A stretch of DNA of 63,893 nt, the filler included, from Licmophora abbreviata (lineage: Eukaryota), in the NCBI GenBank assembly GCA_900291995.1. It is 11 parts of 11 records of this genome, joined end to end, with 100 filler letters (N's around TTAATTAATTAA, not from the genome) between each part and the next. Parts side by side here need not be neighbours in the genome. Positions count along the whole stretch, not along the records: positions 58,249 to 61,456 come from OLMU01002946.1; positions 61,557 to 62,660 come from OLMU01002961.1; positions 62,761 to 63,893 come from OLMU01003036.1; 8 more parts are not named here. One strand, written 5' to 3'. Both the position numbers and the translations under genes were made by a program. Below are positions 58,250-63,893 of the stretch, piece after piece. How positions within the stretch are numbered: the first letter of the stretch is position 1; every line of letters begins with the position of its first letter. Under the pieces are notes generated by a model. It was given only the letters and a program-made list of their open reading frames with translations. It ran no database searches and was not told the origin of the DNA.

Positions 58250-59110
58250 TCGAACTCATCACCCCCATCGTCCTATACTCCTCCAGAAGGAGACACGTCA
58301 CTTTCTTGGCTTCCAGTGACCTTGTTTCGTTTGGCGTCCGCCTTGAGCTTGGTACATGTCGTCTCTGAATATGGCATGACGATCACATTGTGTGAAGGCC
58401 CGTCCATGCAACCGACCATTCAACCGCGAGGAGAAATCATACTGCTTGATCTTTTGACCCCGCGGCTCTTTCGTAGTACGTGGATGGGAGAGACTCGCTC
58501 ACGACAAGCACGGAAACTGCAAGATCAGCATGAGCAGCAGCGAACTGAGGCGATGCCATCGTCGCCACATACTTCTTGGTACGAACCGTATATTCCTGTC
58601 AATGAGCTCTCTTCTCGTGGAAAGTGGAAGCGGTTCATGTCACAGATCACGTCTGGGATATCCGTGGGCGACGTCTTGGTCGTACAGCATCCGCAACGCG
58701 CTGGGACTGTGTGCAAGCGCGTCTTGGGCATGCCAGGGGATACTGTTGTGGTGTCGAACGACAATCTGCGGGGCGCGGCACCGACAGGAACATCACAGCG
58801 CAACCGCTATAGAGGAAGAAGCAATTTGAATTCTACCAACTTATTGGTCATTCCGGATGGGCACGTTTGGTTGGAGGGTGACAATGCCTTTAATAGCAGT
58901 GACTCGCGTCAGTACGGACCACTGCCGGCCGCCCTAATTGTGGGGCGCGTGCTTTGTCGGGTCTGGCCACTTGGAGGCAACATGAGGATGGAACGCGGAG
59001 GGCGCCCAGCGCCTGCATCCATGGAAATGCCACCTGGGGTTGTCTTTCCTGGATCAACGGTTCTCCCAGCAGGTTACGAAGGAGAAGAGATCGTACGAAA
59101 GGTATCATAG
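58250..59110 (+). CDS. IMP1: Mitochondrial inner membrane peptidase IMP1-like (S26), 5' truncated
   Basis: CEGPSMQPT (Ser), VCKRVLGMPGD (Lys), IPDGHVWLEGDNAFNSSDSRQYGP. Confidence 0.9.
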   Translation, partial: SNSSPPSSYTPPEGDTSLSWLPVTLFRLASALSLVHVVSEYGMTITLCEGPSMQPTIQPRGEIILLDLLTPRLFRSTWMGETRSRQARKLQDQHEQQRTEAMPSSPHTSWYEPYIPVNELSSRGKWKRFMSQITSGISVGDVLVVQHPQRAGTVCKRVLGMPGDTVVVSNDNLRGAAPTGTSQRNRYRGRSNLNSTNLLVIPDGHVWLEGDNAFNSSDSRQYGPLPAALIVGRVLCRVWPLGGNMRMERGGRPAPASMEMPPGVVFPGSTVLPAGYEGEEIVRKVS

Positions 59111-59368
59111 ATCGGTAGAGTGTATTGCAGACACACGCTCGCGCCGTCGCAAGCCGCACAATGTTGAGATCCTCACATACTAAGGACGACGAATAACAAG
59201 CGTAGGAAAACCAAAAACAGTACTTCCTGATTATCATAGTTTTATCAAAGCAAGGCGTCTGGGCGACAACACAATGATTCCGGTGACGATCAAGCAAAAG
59301 ATTACCCTTCTCCTCCTGGACGAACGAATAGACAAAACGTAGACTTTTCTCGGGACCCGCTGCTTCAA

Positions 59369-61456
59369 TTAGCTGAGCTTGAAAAGTCCAGCACCTCCGT
59401 TGGTTGCGTAGAACGTATCGGCAAACACAAGCGAAAGCACAGCCATCAGCTTCATGACAATGTTGAGGGCTGGTCCGGACGTGTCCTTGAACGGATCTCC
59501 GACCGTGTCTCCAACGACTGCCGCCTTATGGATGTCGGATCCCTTGCCCTTGAGCTCCGAGTCAGGAGAAGCCCTCTCAATGTACTTCTTGGCATTGTCC
59601 CACGCACCACCAGAGTTGGACATGGAAATGGCAAGCTGGATGGCAGCGATGAGGGCTCCGACGAGAAGACCAGAGACGGCCGTCACGCCAAAGAGGATGC
59701 CGGTAAGAAGAGGGGTGAAAATGACCAAGATTCCGGGAGGAACCATCTCCTTGAGGGAAGCTTTCGTAGAAATGCTAATGCAAGCATCGTAGTCGGGGCG
59801 CTCCGTGGGGTTGGCATCCAGCAAATGCGGCTTCTCGTCAAACTGGCGCTGAACTTCCATGACCATCTCCATGGCGGCAAGGCCAACACTTTTCATCGTC
59901 AAAGCGGCGAAGGCGAAGGGAATCATACCGCCAATGATGAGAAAGGCGAAGGTGACGGGTTCCAGCATGTTGACGCCGTTGGCAAAGAGGGCGTCATCTG
60001 AAGAGTGACGAATGCGAGTGACAAAGGCACCAAAGAGTGCCAACGACACGAGAGCAGCGGATCCAATGGCGAAACCCTTTCCGATAGCAGCGGTGGTATT
60101 ACCGGCGGCATCGAGAGCATCGGTCTTTTCACGGACCATAGGGTCAAGTTCAGCCATCTCGGCGATACCTTGAAAGACAGTGTGGCGTCACGATTATTGT
60201 GAGAGACATAGGTTCAAGCATACTGCTCGTGTGCACAACGTACTGAACCGCGCACGTACCTCCAGCATTGTCGCACACAGGTCCGTACACATCAATCGTC
60301 AATCCAGTGGCAAGATTGGAGAGGAAACCGATAGCGGCCAAGGCTACTCCGTACATGTCACACATGGCGAAGGATCCGTATACGACCACAGCGAGAACGA
60401 TAACGGGAATGATGGCAGACTTGTATCCAAGAGCAATGCCGTAGATCATATTGGTGGCGGCGCCAGTCTTGCAACTGTTGGCAACCTCACGGACCGGGGC
60501 GTAGGAATGGGAGGTGTAGTATTCGGTGACGAGACCGATGATGAGACCGCCCACAGCACCCATGGTGACGCAGAGCCACGCCTGCCACGGGTGGAGCTTG
60601 AAGATATCGTCGCCAACGGTCGCCCTGAGTTCAAAAGACTTGGGTAGGTAGTAGTTAGCAGCCCAGTAGACAGCGGGGAGCATTAGCACAGTAGTGCTGA
60701 TAAGCTGGATCTTGAGGGCCTCCTCGACCTGCTTCTCGGCCTTGACAGTCCGGATGTGAGTGGCAATGAAAGAGCAGAGCAAGCAGACGAAGATGCCGAC
60801 ACTGGAAACAATGATAGGAAAGACCATGGCATCCCATCCTCCAGATGCTCCAATGCTGCTTCCAATGACGAGAGCGGCGCAGGTAGACTCGGCGAAACTT
60901 CCGAAAAGATCAGAACCCATACCGGCGACATCGCCGACGTTGTCTCCAACATTGTCAGCAATGGTAGCTGGGTTTCGTGGATCGTCCTCGGGAATTCCGT
61001 GAACAACCTTTCCAACCAAATCAGCTCCGACATCGGCAGCCTTGGTGTAGATACCGCCTCCGACACGGCCGAACATGGCAATGACAGAGCCTCCCAATCC
61101 AAAACCAGTGAGACTTTCCGTCAGGTAGATCCAGTCAGCAGGGTCCGGATAGTACACGCGGAAGGCTACGGCAGTGCCGTACAGCATCAAGAGTCCGAGT
61201 CCGCAGAGGGCGAATCCCATGACGGCACCCGCGCGGAAGGCGGTGTTGAAGCAGGCGGTCCAGCCAGTCTGCTGCGCCGATACCGTGGTACGTACGTTCG
61301 AGTAGACAGCGACCTTCATGCCGAGGTAACCGCTGGCCATGGAGGTTAGAGCACCGAGAAGGAAGGAAAGAGCGGTGAATCCCCCGCGTGCCATGTCCCA
61401 TCCGGTTCCCCAGGTGACGAGCACAAGGATCACACCGGAAAAGCAGATAACGAACC
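59369..61456 (-). CDS. VP1: H+-translocating inorganic pyrophosphatase (K+-dependent type), 5' truncated
   Basis: Exons 61456-60260, 60168-59369. [63 protein letters not shown]. Confidence 0.96.
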
Positions 61457-61556
61457 NNNNNNNNNNNNNNNNNNNNNNNNNNNNNNNNNNNNNNNNNNNN
61501 TTAATTAATTAANNNNNNNNNNNNNNNNNNNNNNNNNNNNNNNNNNNNNNNNNNNN
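61457..61556. other. Artificial scaffold linker
   Basis: N44-TTAATTAATTAA-N44. Confidence 0.98.
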
Positions 61557-61609
61557 GGGTGAGGAATTCGTAAAAGTAAGTTAGTTTTCATTGTCATCAG
61601 CCTATTCTA

Positions 61610-62513
61610 TTATAGGAGCTTCTCGTACGCCTTGGTGTCCATCCACTGTTCCAGGGACTGAATGCTGCCGGCCGCTTCCTTGCCACTGGAGCGCTTTCGC
61701 TCATCCGTTTCGGGTCCGTAGTACTCGTATTCATCAAACCACTTGATCATTTCAGCAATCTCGTGAGCTCCAGGATACCACGTAGCGTACGTTTCCGGTT
61801 CGACAAACTCGACCTTGGCGGGTTTGCCCATCTTCCTTGAGATGATGGCCACCGATTCTTCCGGAGTCAAAAAGTCACCCTCGAGGAGAAGGTACTTTCC
61901 ATTGTACTTTTCAGGATCCTTCGCAGCCACGACCGTAGCAGGTCCGGTGTCAGATGGGTCGAATTGACTGATCTTTCCTTTGCCAGGGAACTTGAAGACG
62001 AGTGTCCCGTCTTCATCCGTAGGCTTGAAGAAAGTAAACCAGTTCGTGTAGTAGAACGCTGCTTCCACGGATGTAACATATTTGAATCCCAGAGTCTTTG
62101 CGTACTCCAGCGCCTTGGCCTTCATGGTGAAATGTGGCACAGTGAGAGATCCTTTTGAGACTGCGTCGACGTCTGCAAGAGAAGCATAGAGCACGTGTTC
62201 GACACCAGCCTTCTTAGCCACGTCCAGAATCTGTTTGGTGAGTTCTTCTTCCTTCATCATGATTTCAGGATCCCAGAAGTTTACAACAATGAAAGCTGCA
62301 TCCGCCCCCCTCAAAGGCAGTAGACAAAGTATCTGGCTCCTTTGTGTTTCCCGATACAATTTCCACGCCCTTTTCCTTGAGAGCCTTGGCAGAATCCGAA
62401 TCGACACTGCGAGTTACAGCACGAATCTTGAAGCTACCATCTTCGAGAAACGATTTGACGACAGATCCTCCTTGAGCACCGAGTGCTCCAAGCACAGCAA
62501 TTGTCTTGGTCAT
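61610..62513 (-). CDS. NmrA-like (NMRAL1) atypical SDR, frameshift at C6 run 62305-62310
   Basis: IAVLGALGAQGGSVV, RAVTR, AFEGADAAFIVVNFW (after removing one base), VPHFTMK, FYYTNW. Confidence 0.9.
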
Positions 62514-62660
62514 TGTTGGTTTCGGAGTAGCAGATGAGAGTTGAAGGCTTGCCGTGTGTTGAGTTCTTTAGAACAAAGTGTCAGTTGTTTCGATTTGTGT
62601 GTGATACAGGAGGTAGAAAGATAGGATAGATCGTGCTCGCCGAGCGCTTCACCGAAGACA

Positions 62661-62760
62661 NNNNNNNNNNNNNNNNNNNNNNNNNNNNNNNNNNNNNNNN
62701 NNNNTTAATTAATTAANNNNNNNNNNNNNNNNNNNNNNNNNNNNNNNNNNNNNNNNNNNN
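62661..62760. other. Artificial scaffold linker
   Basis: N44-TTAATTAATTAA-N44. Confidence 0.98.
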
Positions 62761-63148
62761 TTGCAGATTTGATCATGGTCGTCAACCGTCGCTGCAGCGT
62801 CGCGCGCGCCATCATTGTTTCACAGAGCGTTGTCTAGTCGACTCATTCGACTCTTTTCTTCAGCAATGACTGTAACCCGGTGGTAAGTATATTCATACGT
62901 TGACGATGTACTGAGACTTTGCCTTCGAATGGATACTTTATGACTTTGATACAAAGTCGTCGGTTGAGATCCCGCGTTCCTTTTTTGGGAGCTTTGCGCG
63001 AAGACTCTTCATCCAACCCAATCTCGCCGCCGCCGGCGACCCAAAATGCCTCGCTCCTCTTGTTGCTGGTGCTCTTCTTGTCGTGACATTATAGATTCAT
63101 CCAGCGAGACTGCTTCTTGCTGTTAGCAGATAAAGAGAGAGCTGTAGA

Positions 63149-63893
63149 ATGTCGAGCGACGGCTGGGAAGACGATGATGACATGGCCGATATGTTCTCGT
63201 TTGGAAATGACGACGGCGCGCCTGCTCCGCCTCCTGGAGGTGAGCAGCCGTCTCAGGAAGGCGAAGCGCAGACGGATACCGTCAATAAAGGCAAGGCAGG
63301 GAAAGAAGAGGAGGCACGAGACCGAGCCAATACGGACGACTCGTTCCTGGATTTGCTCGAAGAAGCTGACAAGGGAATTGATCTGAACTTAATGTCTCCA
63401 AGTGAGAAAGCGGCTCTGGTCATGGACGACAAGGAGACCCAAGACATCCTAAACTGGCTCGACGAAGAAGAGGGTACCGGAGACGATGGCTTGTTTCGGC
63501 TGGATGGAGCCGATACTGGAATATCATCAACAGAAAAGGCATCTGCAGTCGCCACTCCCACCACAGATAACGAAGACGTGACCGGTGATGAGGGCGAACC
63601 CCAACAGACCTCACCAGCACCAGCAGCTGAGAAGGCCTCGGTCGCAGAGACGGAAGAAATTAACGCCAATCCAATGCCGACAGAATCTGTTGAACCAGCG
63701 CCGACGGTTGTGGCGCTTCCGCCTGCACCTGCTCCACTTCCACCGACTCCCAAGCCGATTGTCTTTGATTCGCTCGAGGATGCGTTGCATCACAACAAGT
63801 CCACGTTGGATCAGATTCGTAGCTTGTTCGTTCAAGGTGGGATGAAAGTTGACGCGGAGCATCGTCCTCAGCTGTGGTGCCGGACCGTGTGTT
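63149..63893 (+). CDS. Protein with acidic disordered N-terminus entering a probable TBC (Rab-GAP) domain; runs off the window
   Basis: Open frame from MSSDGWEDDDD to LDQIRSLFVQGGMKVDAEHRPQLWCRTVC, resembling the TBC N-terminal IR..G...R..LW pattern. Confidence 0.6.
   Translation, partial: MSSDGWEDDDDMADMFSFGNDDGAPAPPPGGEQPSQEGEAQTDTVNKGKAGKEEEARDRANTDDSFLDLLEEADKGIDLNLMSPSEKAALVMDDKETQDILNWLDEEEGTGDDGLFRLDGADTGISSTEKASAVATPTTDNEDVTGDEGEPQQTSPAPAAEKASVAETEEINANPMPTESVEPAPTVVALPPAPAPLPPTPKPIVFDSLEDALHHNKSTLDQIRSLFVQGGMKVDAEHRPQLWCRTVC

Noticed and set aside
3224..62760. Recurrent TTAATTAATTAA motif within N runs as a biological repeat or insertion site
   Set aside because: Exactly 100-bp units with a six-frame stop core: an assembly linker.
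1..63893. tRNA, rRNA, transposon or viral elements
   Set aside because: No cloverleaf, rRNA, transposase/RT motifs, LTRs or TIRs were recognised by eye.

Overview
Gene-dense eukaryotic nuclear DNA, most consistent with a diatom (stramenopile): ~50% GC, short GT-AG introns of 70-140 bp, a nuclear chlH with a bipartite plastid leader, and an N-terminally extended oxidosqualene cyclase. It is a draft scaffold with ten artificial 100-bp linkers (N44-TTAATTAATTAA-N44), several of which interrupt genes, and at least eight single-base frameshifts that look like sequencing errors. About 27 genes were reconstructed by hand. They include four CDPK-like kinases in two inverted pairs, ERCC1, a GT8 glycosyltransferase, a 4xCXXC zinc finger, a plant-type trifunctional tRNA ligase, a DUF6263-like secreted protein, cycloartenol synthase, a membrane-anchored multicopper oxidase, PP2C, Mpv17, a WHEP-AspRS, ChlH, a NAK-like pseudokinase, polyprenol reductase, an alpha/beta hydrolase, an MDR oxidoreductase, a JmjC protein, a 4-TM protein, IMP1, an H+-PPase, NmrA and a TBC-like protein. 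The most striking locus (7.3-14.7 kb) is a tandem array of secreted leishmanolysin-like (M8) metalloproteases. Two copies share an identical 3-exon catalytic cassette but carry different duplicated bacterial-type N-terminal domains joined at a phase-1 intron, and a decayed third copy lies upstream. Also notable: micro-exons (6 nt and 36 nt) building the second EF-hand loop of two CDPKs, and convergent genes whose CDS ends overlap. All homology calls are from motif recognition, not database searches.
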